From the sequence record NC_004629.1: a stretch of DNA of 64,000 bases; one strand, 5' to 3'. Within the stretch, counting starts at the first letter, position 1, and each line of letters opens with the position of its first letter. Shown in pieces: positions 26,571-38,229 of this stretch. The notes beneath the pieces were generated by a model. That model had not been told where the DNA came from and made no database searches. It saw only the letters and a list, made by a program, of their open reading frames with translations. Both the position numbers and the translations under genes were made by a program.

Positions 26571-27440
26571 ATGGTTTATAAAATGATTAGTTTATTAAAC
26601 CTAGCTAACCCTAGTTTAATTCAGCAATTAAGTCAATCGGTATCTAATGAAAAAGATCTAGAAAATCTTAGAACTAGTGGTTGGCTAAAAGATGATCTTA
26701 ACAATAATGTGTTTTTCATTTATTCTGAAACATCTTCTGATATTCTAGCTAGTCTAAGGATTAATTTAACTATTGACCCATGGATAGATAGTGATAATCC
26801 CTATCAGAAACTAGATGTTGGTCAAGTTAGTCGATACATGACAACTGCACTTGCTTGTACTAATAATGATTATGAAGTTAATGTTATTAAAACTATTTCT
26901 AAACTATTATTATCGTTTATTAATAATCAGATATGTTCAGTTAATAATATTAAGTTTAACAATAGTGGTAATGAAACTCAACTATCAGTTGGATTAATAC
27001 ATAACTCTTATACCCTGGACATAGATTTAAATATTGGAATGAAATCATTTATTGATAATAAAACTATTATTGATAAATATAAATTATTTGAAACATCGTT
27101 GAGTAAAACTAAGAGTGAATTTAATTTTTCTATAGTCACTAATGACAAAGTTAATAAAGTTGCATCCATATACAAGACCGCATCTACATGTGAATATGAT
27201 GATGCAATTCTATTTAACAAAGATTCGCTAGTAAGTATAAAACCATTTATTGATGGTCATTCACTTATTACTACTGATCTTATTGAATCACTTATCAAAG
27301 AAATTCAAAATAAAGAAACTAAAAAATTAAAGTTAATCAAAGTTATGTGTTCCAACCATTATCAGAGAACTCATGGAGATTTAATCACAATTGTCTTATG
27401 CAGCCCTGTTAATATTTGGTCCATAACTATCTATGTATAG
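26571..27440 (+). CDS. AT-rich hypothetical protein
   Basis: 289-aa ORF with GAGGA SD. Confidence 0.75.
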   Translation: MVYKMISLLNLANPSLIQQLSQSVSNEKDLENLRTSGWLKDDLNNNVFFIYSETSSDILASLRINLTIDPWIDSDNPYQKLDVGQVSRYMTTALACTNNDYEVNVIKTISKLLLSFINNQICSVNNIKFNNSGNETQLSVGLIHNSYTLDIDLNIGMKSFIDNKTIIDKYKLFETSLSKTKSEFNFSIVTNDKVNKVASIYKTASTCEYDDAILFNKDSLVSIKPFIDGHSLITTDLIESLIKEIQNKETKKLKLIKVMCSNHYQRTHGDLITIVLCSPVNIWSITIYV

Positions 27441-27447
27441 GTAACAT

Positions 27448-27651
27448 ATGGATTTAAATCCTCATGACATCGATAATCAAGCAATATTTAATTATTTAGA
27501 AATGTTGCCATCTACTTTTAAGATAACTGAATCTACTTTTGTTGCTGCTGATTTTGATAGTAATGGCGATGTCATCATACAACTAGAGCAATCATTAATT
27601 TATACTGGTTGCTCTTTATCTAAATTTAATGCGTGTTTTAACACTATGTAA
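27448..27651 (+). CDS. hypothetical protein
   Basis: 67-aa ORF with AGGT SD. Confidence 0.65.
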   Translation: MDLNPHDIDNQAIFNYLEMLPSTFKITESTFVAADFDSNGDVIIQLEQSLIYTGCSLSKFNACFNTM

Positions 27652-27654
27652 ATA

Positions 27655-27685
27655 TAATGCCCTCTCCTTATGGAGAGGGCTTATG
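27655..27685 (+). terminator. intrinsic terminator
   Basis: gccctctcc-TTAT-ggagagggc; same family as 25208 and 34911 but in the opposite orientation. Confidence 0.8.
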
Positions 27686-27737
27686 ATGTATTTTCTCTTT
27701 TATCATCTGTAGTACAATAACTCAAATATAATTGTAG

Positions 27738-28517
<780 letters not shown>

Positions 28518-28526
28518 GGTACAACC

Positions 28527-29342
28527 ATGGCTAAACGAAAAGCTCGCGCAGTAAGTGCACCGGTAACATTATCAGAAATTAGTGAAATCCCTAATGAAGT
28601 AACTAATGCAGAGGATAGTGTCAATGAACTTGAAACCACTCCTACTGAAATTGTTTCTACTGAATCAAGTGAAAATGAAAATACCACTGCCGATTCAGAA
28701 AACACAGCCACAACTGACTCGACAACAGATGAAGAATCAGAAGACACGTCTTCTACTGAAGCAAATGGAGATGGGGAATCAGAAGAGCCCGATCTATCGG
28801 AGAATCAGGAAGATCCGAAGGAGCCTATAGAAACGCCTGAGGAGCCCGTTGAAGATGATGATGGTTCAAGTGACCCTGATGGTGGCACATCTGAAGAAAA
28901 GCCAACAGAAGGCGATCCAGAGGATCCTGAAGAGCCTACTGAACCTACTGGCCCTGAAGAACCCACTGATCCAATTGATCCGGTGGAACCGCCGCCTGAA
29001 GAACCTAAAGCATTCCAATTAAACCTAGCTACAGTGAAATCACAGTTTGGTGATTTACCAACGTATTGGGCTATTGAGTTAATTAAACGTTATTTCAGTG
29101 CGCCACCTGGTATCTATATCCCAGATGTAGTCGATAACCCTGATTTCAAAATAATGGTTCAACAAGTGAAATTCTTTGGTAATGGTCTACGTCCGATATA
29201 TAACTCTAAGAACATGATTACTTTCACCACTATGTTAGAAGGTGCAAGTGAAGCAACAATCTTAGAGGATATGAAGAAACAACAACCGGCACTACTAAGT
29301 TTATTACCTTGGTATGATCCAAACGCTGAAATAGATAAATGA
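28527..29342 (+). CDS. virion protein with a long acidic E/P/T-rich disordered region (gp35-like outer capsid vertex protein)
   Basis: basic N-tip, ~150-aa acidic low-complexity tract (EEPTEPTGPEEPTDP), folded C-domain; identity inferred from gene order. Confidence 0.65.
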   Translation: MAKRKARAVSAPVTLSEISEIPNEVTNAEDSVNELETTPTEIVSTESSENENTTADSENTATTDSTTDEESEDTSSTEANGDGESEEPDLSENQEDPKEPIETPEEPVEDDDGSSDPDGGTSEEKPTEGDPEDPEEPTEPTGPEEPTDPIDPVEPPPEEPKAFQLNLATVKSQFGDLPTYWAIELIKRYFSAPPGIYIPDVVDNPDFKIMVQQVKFFGNGLRPIYNSKNMITFTTMLEGASEATILEDMKKQQPALLSLLPWYDPNAEIDK

Positions 29343-29343
29343 A

Positions 29344-29405
29344 CATATCGCCTCCCCTAGGGGAGGCTTTATGCTGAGTTAAAAAAAGTTTAAGATCTAT
29401 ATTAC
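29344..29405 (+). promoter_or_regulatory. terminator followed by an early promoter (TATATTAC at 29398-29405)
   Basis: catatcgcctccc-CTAG-gggaggctttatg ... aaaaaaagtttaagatcTATATTAC. Confidence 0.8.
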
Positions 29406-29445
29406 TAATTTGCAATAATAAACAATATTCAAATAGGTATCTATA

Positions 29446-30261
29446 ATGACTGAATCAACTACTTTTAGTTTTACCCCTAATCCACATCTAAAAGAAATAT
29501 ACGATAATTTTAAAAATAAATATCCTAAAAACAGTGTAATCTACGGTTGGATAAATAAAGAAAATAATAAATGGGGAATTACCGGTAATACGAAATATAA
29601 TTCAATTACCGGTACTGGCCATAATGTTCAATACATTAATCATCTAATTTCTAGACTACTAGAAGAAGAACAGCATTTTGAGAATACACGTATTGAAAGA
29701 GCATGGCTTAATTTAATTGAGTCATATGAAGACAGTTATAAAAGCGATGTATCTCACTATACTAATCTGCCATTAAAAGCCACCTTACCAATTGGTAAGC
29801 TCAATGTATTTCAAATCGGAAGAGCACACTCAGATGAACTAGGTATGATTACACTAAAATCTGCCAATGTATCAGAAATCATTATTGAGTCTAAATCAGC
29901 TCTTGATGAAGCTCTTAATTCTATTGATTGCATTATTCATGAAAACATTAAAACTGATTTTAAAGTACTCATGCATGAATTTTATAAAAATGAACCATAT
30001 AGGCCTGATTGGTTAAAAGAAAATGGTACATGCAAATTTATTCAATCAACCTTTAACATTGGTTCATCATTTGATTTAATTTACTATGGATGGAAGTGGG
30101 AAGGTGTAACCAGAATTAAAACAAGTGATCGAGATGCAGCTGATATGCTGTATTCTGGTATTATTATTAATACATCAAAATTAGTTAATGATCCAGATAA
30201 TGAACCGTTATTTGAACAATTAGTTAATGTATGTGAAGTATCAACTGCTAAAGTAAAATAA
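29446..30261 (+). CDS. early hypothetical protein (gp36-like)
   Basis: 271-aa ORF with AGGT SD. Confidence 0.75.
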   Translation: MTESTTFSFTPNPHLKEIYDNFKNKYPKNSVIYGWINKENNKWGITGNTKYNSITGTGHNVQYINHLISRLLEEEQHFENTRIERAWLNLIESYEDSYKSDVSHYTNLPLKATLPIGKLNVFQIGRAHSDELGMITLKSANVSEIIIESKSALDEALNSIDCIIHENIKTDFKVLMHEFYKNEPYRPDWLKENGTCKFIQSTFNIGSSFDLIYYGWKWEGVTRIKTSDRDAADMLYSGIIINTSKLVNDPDNEPLFEQLVNVCEVSTAKVK

Positions 30262-30297
30262 GTGTATTATTTTTAATAAATGAAGAGGTTAGAAAAA

Positions 30298-31119
30298 ATG
30301 ACTCAATTTAACATCACCTGGGAAGAACAACTCCAAGCCCTATCTAAGCTAGATGGTTTACATCATCCACATAAATTAGAGGATATCTCCGTTCATTGGG
30401 TATTTAATCCAGTAGATATTTCAGTTTTTGTTACATGTGCGACCATGAGTAGTCATAACACCCACTATACTTTTAAACCGCAGTCAAGTCCAGATGATGC
30501 CATGGTGCGAGAATATGTACTATCTCGCATTATTGCCGATAATCTGAAATATGTTGATAATTTATATCTAGCGGCTGGTGCCGTTATTTGCGGTAATGAC
30601 GAATACATTAGTGATGGTAATGTGGTTGGCATTCATATAGCTGATGGCGTAGGAGGTAACAAGCTTATTCTACCAGTCATTGAATTTATGCCAGGTGTTC
30701 ATGTTGATGATATCAGTGATAAACTAATCAAGTCGTCATCCTATCAAGGTATTTTCAAAACAGATAACCTTGAAGAGTTTGAATTCCTTGTTGATAAGAA
30801 GAATGCAAATAATGTAAAAGAATTAATTCTAGCCTATACTGATTATTTCGCTAATAAGTTGGCCTTTAAAGATCCAGCTGAACCAGCTGTAGAAATGTAT
30901 CAGTTTATTGATCGGACTGAAGTATATTTTAGTTTTGAAGGATGCCATCCAGATGTTGAGGAAGTTCTATTTACCATTAAGATCGTACGTTACAATCAAC
31001 CACTCAATTCAACTGCAATGCAGGTATTTTTGAAAAACCCACTACTCTCGCACATCCGGACAGTTGTCCGGCAGGACCTTCCGGCGAAATTTGTGGGCGG
31101 TGTACTATTTAATTTTTGA
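30298..31119 (+). CDS. dip: Dip, degradosome-interacting protein (RNase E inhibitor, gp37)
   Basis: MTQFNITWEEQLQALSKLDG N-terminus recognised; two genes upstream of PhuZ (gp39); GAGGT SD favours 30298. Confidence 0.8.
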   Translation: MTQFNITWEEQLQALSKLDGLHHPHKLEDISVHWVFNPVDISVFVTCATMSSHNTHYTFKPQSSPDDAMVREYVLSRIIADNLKYVDNLYLAAGAVICGNDEYISDGNVVGIHIADGVGGNKLILPVIEFMPGVHVDDISDKLIKSSSYQGIFKTDNLEEFEFLVDKKNANNVKELILAYTDYFANKLAFKDPAEPAVEMYQFIDRTEVYFSFEGCHPDVEEVLFTIKIVRYNQPLNSTAMQVFLKNPLLSHIRTVVRQDLPAKFVGGVLFNF

Positions 31120-31366
31120 GAAATTCATTACTTTAATAGACTGTATTTCTCTTATTTATCTCTTTTCTTCTAAAAAGAAAATTATATAAATAGTATATTA
31201 TGTGGGGGGGACCCTTTGGGGGGGTCCCATATAATATTCCTTATTATTAGAGATGGGGTATAACCTATCCTTAGTTCGAGAATCTAATACTTTTAGTAAT
31301 AAGGGATTGGCTATAAAGAGCCAATACCGTTTAATTTGAAAATAGAAAAATTGGAAAAAATGAAAA

Positions 31367-31879
31367 ATGTCTGAACAGAAAGATTACACTCTAGTACGTA
31401 CTCCACTAACTCATGATGAGCTAAAGAAAGCATTTAAAGAAGATAACATTCATGCATCTGATGTTCAACTAGATAGGTTAGTTAAGTTATCTGAAGAAGT
31501 ATGTAGTGCTAAAGGCAATTACAACATTCGTCCTTTAGCTAACTCAAAAGGAATGGTATTTGAATTCACCAACAAAGATGGTGAGATCATTGCACTAATT
31601 CCTTTTGATATTTCAAAAGAACGTAAAAATGCCAAAATCCCAAAAACGAAATGGCTTACTGAACTTCTAAACGTTTATCGTTATAAAGTTAGTAAGATTG
31701 AAGTTAAGAATGTACTTAACATGATTATTGATTGTGTTAAGTCTGGTGGTACTTGGCAAACATACATGTGTCGAGATAAGATGGTAATCGAATTTAAATC
31801 TGATACTGGTAAAGTGGTTAATGAATTAATTGTTCATCAAGAACGAACTCATGAAGAGATCGTTACTTTTAAGCACTGA
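31367..31879 (+). CDS. hypothetical protein (gp38-like)
   Basis: 170 aa; the two halves end in similar MVFEFTNKDG and MVIEFKSDTG segments, suggesting an internal duplication. Confidence 0.75.
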   Translation: MSEQKDYTLVRTPLTHDELKKAFKEDNIHASDVQLDRLVKLSEEVCSAKGNYNIRPLANSKGMVFEFTNKDGEIIALIPFDISKERKNAKIPKTKWLTELLNVYRYKVSKIEVKNVLNMIIDCVKSGGTWQTYMCRDKMVIEFKSDTGKVVNELIVHQERTHEEIVTFKH

Positions 31880-31929
31880 TACCATTTACAAGTTGGTATA
31901 TGAAATTATATTAATCACAATGAGGTGTA

Positions 31930-32913
31930 ATGATGTCTAAAGTAAAAACTCGAATTTACTTTTGTGGTGGTGCTGGTTTCCGTATTGGTGAACTATTCCA
32001 TGGTTATCATGAGGATGTTTGCTACATTGATACCAGTGTACAGAATAAACACAAACACAATACTGACGATAATACGATCATTATTGAAGCGGATACTAAG
32101 CTAGCTGACCAGACTGCACGTAAACGTGCTATCGGTATGGGTAAAGATCGTAAGGCAGCCGCAGAACTAATCTCTGCACATATTCCTGCCATTGCCCATC
32201 ATTTCCCAGCAGGGGATACTAACATCGTGGTATACTCAATGGGTGGTGCTTCTGGTTCAACCATTGGTCCTTCTCTTGTTAGTCATCTACAACAACAAGG
32301 TGAAGTAGTTGTAAGTGTGGTCATTGGATCTTACGACAGTGATATTAGTCTTCGTAATAGCAGTGGTAGCCTTAAGACTTTTGAAGGGGTTTCCTCTGTT
32401 AGTAAAGTTCCGATGATTATTAACTATCATGAGAATGTTGAAGGTATACCGCAATCAATGGTGAACCAAAACATTCTTGAAGTACTAAATGCACTAGTAA
32501 TTCTATTTAATCAAGAACACCAAAGTCTTGATCTAATGGATATCACTAACTGGGCACACTTCCATAAGCACCATGATGTACCTGTACAGACTGTCCAATT
32601 ACACGTGTGTTTCGATCGTCAAGAAGCTCAGGCTATTCTGGATCCAATTTCTATTGCTTCACTATACACTGATCCTGATCGCGATGTATCAATTAGTACA
32701 GTTCTAACTCGTACTACTGGTTATGCTGATCCTGAAAAATATGATTTCGATCAAATGCATTTTGTGATCAATGGCCTATCTATTGAAGATATTCGTAAGC
32801 GATTAGAAGAACGTCGTGAAATGATGAATCGAGCCAAAGCTAATATGCGTAAGCGTCAGTCTACTCTAGATGTGGATGACCAAGCAACTAGTAGTGGTCT
32901 TGTATTCGATTAA
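31930..32913 (+). CDS. phuZ: PhuZ/TubZ phage tubulin (gp39)
   Basis: tubulin/FtsZ motifs CGGAG, IDTS, GMGKD, GGASGS; PhuZ C-tail LDVDD...GLVFD; 327 aa. Confidence 0.97.
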   Translation: MMSKVKTRIYFCGGAGFRIGELFHGYHEDVCYIDTSVQNKHKHNTDDNTIIIEADTKLADQTARKRAIGMGKDRKAAAELISAHIPAIAHHFPAGDTNIVVYSMGGASGSTIGPSLVSHLQQQGEVVVSVVIGSYDSDISLRNSSGSLKTFEGVSSVSKVPMIINYHENVEGIPQSMVNQNILEVLNALVILFNQEHQSLDLMDITNWAHFHKHHDVPVQTVQLHVCFDRQEAQAILDPISIASLYTDPDRDVSISTVLTRTTGYADPEKYDFDQMHFVINGLSIEDIRKRLEERREMMNRAKANMRKRQSTLDVDDQATSSGLVFD

Positions 32914-32921
32914 CTTATACT

Positions 32922-32950
32922 GGAGCCCTTCGGGGCTCCTTTTATTTTTT
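32922..32950 (+). terminator. intrinsic terminator
   Basis: ggagccc-TTCG-gggctcc followed by a T-rich tail. Confidence 0.9.
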
Positions 32951-32967
32951 TTGTAACGAGGTGTAAT

Positions 32968-33450
32968 ATGAAACCAGTAAATACAGTTACTTATATTCCT
33001 TTGCATGTAGCTGAATCATTTTATTCCCCTAGAAATATGATCTGTCTACTGGAGAAAGGTAGAGTCCCACTTTATTCAGCAAAACATCTTAATTATTTAC
33101 GTATCAATGTTGATGACATTGAGGATTATGTTGATTCTTCTTATGATCTATTTGATCATCGGCATGCACAACGTATTATTTCCTTCTGTGAAGCTCTTGG
33201 TAAGGGTCAACACCTATTCGTACACTGTGAGGCAGGTATTAGCCGATCGGCTGCTGTAGCTAAGTTTCTGTGCGATAAAATGGGATTCATTCATGTACCG
33301 CATAATCCATCTTTATTTAATTTTGATGGTTACAATGGTCACATTTATGGAGTTTTATGTAATGCTAAAGCAGGGAAGCTTTATTATGACGATAGAGCCG
33401 ATGGTATTTTTATGGGTAAAGTAAATCAGAATTTTGCAGATATTAAATAA
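32968..33450 (+). CDS. CX5R (PTP/dual-specificity-like) phosphatase
   Basis: active-site loop VHCEAGISRSAAVA; upstream DDIED general-acid loop. Confidence 0.85.
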   Translation: MKPVNTVTYIPLHVAESFYSPRNMICLLEKGRVPLYSAKHLNYLRINVDDIEDYVDSSYDLFDHRHAQRIISFCEALGKGQHLFVHCEAGISRSAAVAKFLCDKMGFIHVPHNPSLFNFDGYNGHIYGVLCNAKAGKLYYDDRADGIFMGKVNQNFADIK

Positions 33451-33489
33451 CTAGCGATAATTAATAATCTGTATATTAGGAGATAACCG

Positions 33490-33963
33490 ATGGCAAAGAA
33501 CACTGCTAAAAAGCTCGACGAGCAAATGGCAGCTGAACTTGATCTGACGTTATCTCCGTTTACTATGGTTCTGAAACACGTAGTTCGTCTCCCCAACATA
33601 GTTGAGGGATTTATCTTTGTAATGGTTAAGGATGGAATTATTAGCTATGATCGGGTAGACAAATGGGCTGAAGTAAACGGGATGCGTTTGCGAGTTCCTC
33701 GTTTCAAATCGCATTCGGTTATTGAGAAGCGGTTAAACGATAAGCTGTATAGACGTTGGTATGTTTGGGGGAATGGTATTTTATATCCATTACAAACATC
33801 CAAGGTTGAAGATTTAAAAGATAATTTCTATTTCAAGATTGACAGTAACCCCCACTGTTGTACCATCCACATTCCAAATATTGATGCAGACAGTATACGA
33901 AATAATACATTACCATTTTTCGAAAGAGTCCACCCTGGATGGGGTGTTATATTAACTAATTGA
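33490..33963 (+). CDS. hypothetical protein
   Basis: 157-aa ORF with AGGAG SD. Confidence 0.8.
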   Translation: MAKNTAKKLDEQMAAELDLTLSPFTMVLKHVVRLPNIVEGFIFVMVKDGIISYDRVDKWAEVNGMRLRVPRFKSHSVIEKRLNDKLYRRWYVWGNGILYPLQTSKVEDLKDNFYFKIDSNPHCCTIHIPNIDADSIRNNTLPFFERVHPGWGVILTN

Positions 33964-34292
33964 GATTTACGTATATGCTATTATTGATTGATTATCCTGA
34001 GGTTAAGGAACTGGCAGATTATGTAATGTCTGAATTTGAACAATATCCTAAATTAGTTAGTGGTTCTATTCTTTCACTTGAACACCACACTAAAGGATCA
34101 TTTGATTTTATCTGGAGATATGACGGATGTGTTGATATTAGATATAAAAATCATATCTGTGGGACTATTACATTTATGGGTTCATATCCAACTTATTTAA
34201 CTTATAAAAATGTTATTACCATCAATGTCCAAGATATGATTATTTCATTAACAGATATCGAGAAATCATTATGTCAACAGTTGCTCAGTTAA
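33960..34292 (+). CDS. hypothetical protein
   Basis: 110 aa; TTG start overlapping the upstream stop; exact start uncertain. Confidence 0.6.
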   Translation: MRFTYMLLLIDYPEVKELADYVMSEFEQYPKLVSGSILSLEHHTKGSFDFIWRYDGCVDIRYKNHICGTITFMGSYPTYLTYKNVITINVQDMIISLTDIEKSLCQQLLS

Positions 34293-34558
34293 GTATTTAT
34301 GTAAAACAGTTTGTTCGTCTTAATCTTAAAGATGAGGATGTTATTTTAGCCGATGGCGAGAAATGGAATATTTTTGTTTTAAATAAAAATAAACTATTGA
34401 TCCGTGATAGTGATCGAATAGCAGTTACAACTATCGATTATGATTCATTCGGTAAGATTATTAAGATTGATCATTCTGATTTTGTCAATAGTTCCATGGC
34501 AACTGATAAGGCATATGAGGTATTAAAAACATATATAGCTCATCGCTATGGGGTTTAA
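34271..34558 (+). CDS. hypothetical protein
   Basis: 95-aa ORF with GAGA SD. Confidence 0.65.
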   Translation: MSTVAQLSIYVKQFVRLNLKDEDVILADGEKWNIFVLNKNKLLIRDSDRIAVTTIDYDSFGKIIKIDHSDFVNSSMATDKAYEVLKTYIAHRYGV

Positions 34559-34583
34559 TAAATATTTAAATACATTTAAAGGC

Positions 34584-34591
34584 TATATTAC
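34584..34591 (+). promoter_or_regulatory. early promoter core TATATTAC
   Basis: atttaaaggcTATATTAC, 35 nt before an AAGGA-ATG start. Confidence 0.6.
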
Positions 34592-34625
34592 AAACATGAT
34601 AATAATCCATGTTAAAGGAATAATC

Positions 34626-34853
34626 ATGAATAGCCTTGCATATAAAACAACTGTTGTATTCGGTAAGACATATCGCGTAACAGGTAACAAAGCATTTATA
34701 TCCATTCTAGATTCACGTGGCAATATTTGCTTTGAATTAAATATCGTTGAAAAGAAAGCATGTCAACCGTGTAATAACTTTAGACGGTATTGTTCAGGTA
34801 TTGGTATTGCACCTGGTGATCTCATCAAAAAGATTCTCAACAGTATTAATTGA
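34626..34853 (+). CDS. hypothetical protein (75 aa)
   Basis: promoter and AAGGA SD place the start at 34626 (MNSLAY), not 34548. Confidence 0.7.
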   Translation: MNSLAYKTTVVFGKTYRVTGNKAFISILDSRGNICFELNIVEKKACQPCNNFRRYCSGIGIAPGDLIKKILNSIN

Positions 34854-34910
34854 TGATGGGTTATACCAGTATGTTTTTAAATATAGTGTTATTTAGATAT
34901 TATCTTAATG

Positions 34911-34950
34911 GCATAAGCCCTCCCGCAATGGGAGGGCATTATGTCTTTTT
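34911..34950. terminator. bidirectional terminator
   Basis: gccctccc-GCAAT-gggagggc between convergent genes. Confidence 0.85.
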
Positions 34951-34961
34951 TTTTATTTTTT

Positions 34962-35771
<810 letters not shown>

Positions 35772-35859
35772 CTATAATGCGCTGTACGCGTTTTTTCGAT
35801 GGAGATAATACCCAACTAAGGTATAATATACATCGGCTTACCACGAACAGATTTGACTA

Positions 35860-35883
35860 AAAATATTTTTAGATCTATATCAT
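35860..35883 (+). promoter_or_regulatory. early promoter variant (agatcTATATCAT)
   Basis: aaaaatatttttagatctatatcat, same family as 44917 and 63058. Confidence 0.6.
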
Positions 35884-35898
35884 GTTCCTGAACATTTA

Positions 35899-36327
35899 AT
35901 GAGAGATTGTACTGTGACTACTCCCCAAGTAGCTGACCTGTATGTAGTAGATGTAACGAGGGTGATAGCCAAGTTAGTACCAAGATCGCCAAAAGAGCTA
36001 ATAAATGCTCGTTTAGCAATTAGGTGCCAAAGCTTTGGAATACATCCAGATGACTATGGTACATTAGAGCATATATTTAAATCAGTAGAGGACAGCTTAA
36101 TTGATGACTTCTTTAAATATTCTATTGACTCTTTTGAATTCATGTATACTACTGGATATAGCCCAATAAATAACACTCCTCAAGAAATCCAATGGTTTCA
36201 TGATAATCATGAAGCCGCATCTGATCTTTGGGATATATTAAAAATTATACCTAGAGTAAATGCAGGTAAGTTTGTAATATTCTATCGGTTAAAGAACACA
36301 GTTTGGATCGCTATTCCAAAAAATTAA
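35899..36327 (+). CDS. hypothetical protein (tandem family member)
   Basis: 142-aa ORF. Confidence 0.7.
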   Translation: MRDCTVTTPQVADLYVVDVTRVIAKLVPRSPKELINARLAIRCQSFGIHPDDYGTLEHIFKSVEDSLIDDFFKYSIDSFEFMYTTGYSPINNTPQEIQWFHDNHEAASDLWDILKIIPRVNAGKFVIFYRLKNTVWIAIPKN

Positions 36328-36340
36328 TTGGAGAAATATA

Positions 36341-37414
36341 ATGTCGAATAAGCTCATTGTACTTGATACGCGCCACCAAGAAAAAGCAATATACGATTTA
36401 CTAGGTCAGCTTACAGCTTCAGCTTCAATTGATGAAGCGATTGGGGTGAAATTGAGTAAAGATGTGGCTCAACAGTTTTTACATCTAATGGTTGAAAATA
36501 TAGTAGAGAGTTTAGTTTCATATAAAACAGCCAAAGACCAGTACACCAATCTTAAGATGGCAGCAGCTATTTTTAATTGTGCTGTAACTGACGTAGATAG
36601 TAATAAAGTTGCTTGGGTAGAAAATCTAATGAAACTACCTTATCTAGAAACTATCTATCTAGATATCTATAAACAAGTAGCTAAATATATCGATAGCGGT
36701 ACATGGATCCAATGGGATGTAGTTAAAGCTGGTTCAGTTATAACTTTAATCAGTGGCAAAGATTATCGTATCGCGGAATATGATCGTGTCCATGGGATTG
36801 ATAATGGTGATGATCATGCAGTGGTATCACTTAACCTACTGAACCCATTAAACTATTTATTTAGTGAATTTCTCCGTATATTCTTCCATGGCTTTGACAG
36901 AATTAATTTACAAACACTAGGTTATAGTATCTACGAATCTAGGCGTAAAACTCAGCTATCTCTTGCTAATGGTGGTAGCTATACTTTAAATAAAGACCAC
37001 ATCACCACTAACCATGCATATAACATCGCAGTAGAATATATTCAAGAACAGTTAACTGCATTACTTATTGGTGTAATTGTTAAACAATATAGTAATATTA
37101 AAGTATCTTATCTAATACCTAAGGTTAACCATGATTTCTTTGCAAGTTTAGGACTTGATAATTTATTACTATTTGAAGAGAAATATATTAGCCCTCTAGT
37201 TAGTTCTATTAACATGGCATATTTTTCAACCAGAATTGAGCATGACGTTAAGTATGAACTAGAGTATCATAGCTATGTAATTTCTGTATACAAGAATAAG
37301 AATGCAACTTATCCTATTGAGAAATTAGTATTTGAATATCAACGTGGTGATTATTTACCTGATGATCAGCGAGCGCAAGCTGAGCGATACATTTTAGAAA
37401 ATAATTTATACTAA
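36341..37414 (+). CDS. hypothetical protein (possibly a two-domain tandem family member)
   Basis: 357-aa ORF with GGAG SD. Confidence 0.8.
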   Translation: MSNKLIVLDTRHQEKAIYDLLGQLTASASIDEAIGVKLSKDVAQQFLHLMVENIVESLVSYKTAKDQYTNLKMAAAIFNCAVTDVDSNKVAWVENLMKLPYLETIYLDIYKQVAKYIDSGTWIQWDVVKAGSVITLISGKDYRIAEYDRVHGIDNGDDHAVVSLNLLNPLNYLFSEFLRIFFHGFDRINLQTLGYSIYESRRKTQLSLANGGSYTLNKDHITTNHAYNIAVEYIQEQLTALLIGVIVKQYSNIKVSYLIPKVNHDFFASLGLDNLLLFEEKYISPLVSSINMAYFSTRIEHDVKYELEYHSYVISVYKNKNATYPIEKLVFEYQRGDYLPDDQRAQAERYILENNLY

Positions 37415-37442
37415 ATAAAGCCCTCCTTATGGGGGGCTTTAT
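37415..37442 (+). terminator. intrinsic terminator
   Basis: ataaagccctcc-TTAT-ggggggctttat. Confidence 0.75.
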
Positions 37443-37463
37443 ACCGATTATAAGGTTTTTATA

Positions 37464-37853
37464 ATGAACATATCTAATGATAAAGACACATCAATGTGTA
37501 TCAGAATGGAAGTAAGATCTTTTGTACAAGATCAACATTCTGATATTTGGAAATCTATAAAAAATAGTATTGGTGCAGAATATGCATTAACAATTGTATT
37601 GGCAGCAGCGTCTGAGAGGGCATCAGGTAGCACATCTAATGATGTCATAGAACTAATTAATCAGATGCTGGGTTATAGAGATATTTGTGATATTGATTTA
37701 ACAACTTATCTGTATAATTGTTCTAACCGGGTAGTTCTACCATCAGCTGGTAACATCCAGTTAAATAGGGTTATTTATGATACTGAGAAACCAGAAGATC
37801 TATACGTCACCATTACCCACACCACAACCTCGTTTTTTACTAAGAGCGACTAA
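37464..37853 (+). CDS. hypothetical protein
   Basis: 129-aa ORF with AAGGT SD. Confidence 0.7.
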   Translation: MNISNDKDTSMCIRMEVRSFVQDQHSDIWKSIKNSIGAEYALTIVLAAASERASGSTSNDVIELINQMLGYRDICDIDLTTYLYNCSNRVVLPSAGNIQLNRVIYDTEKPEDLYVTITHTTTSFFTKSD

Positions 37854-38229
37854 AAGTAAACTTATTAAAGATGATAACTATCTAAGATTTGTATTAGACT
37901 TTTTAGATATTAGTTATATCGAAGCAATGCATTTGCTTGTCGCATTGGCAGAACAGAAGCTTATGCAAATGGTCATTAAAGAAGAGATGTTCTATGAATA
38001 TGCTAAAGATATTCATTTCATGCATAAACTAATAGAACTTCTCGATGAAGGTGCTGAGCAGATCATGCATCTCATTCCAACAAATACTAAGGAACTGTGG
38101 TATGAAACAGAAGCACGAGATGGATTGTACATCGGAGGAAGTACAACGTCTGGTATATGTATTGCCAATCGAAGTGGTATTCCCACAATTAATCACATTG
38201 ATAAAGAAATTTACTTACCTAACAAATAA
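37777..38229 (+). CDS. hypothetical protein
   Basis: 150 aa; overlaps both neighbours; start uncertain. Confidence 0.6.
   Translation: MILRNQKIYTSPLPTPQPRFLLRATKSKLIKDDNYLRFVLDFLDISYIEAMHLLVALAEQKLMQMVIKEEMFYEYAKDIHFMHKLIELLDEGAEQIMHLIPTNTKELWYETEARDGLYIGGSTTSGICIANRSGIPTINHIDKEIYLPNK

Noticed and set aside
28620-29010. E/P/T/D-rich repeats in the gp35-like gene
   Set aside because: This is an ordinary low-complexity protein linker with no regular DNA repeat unit
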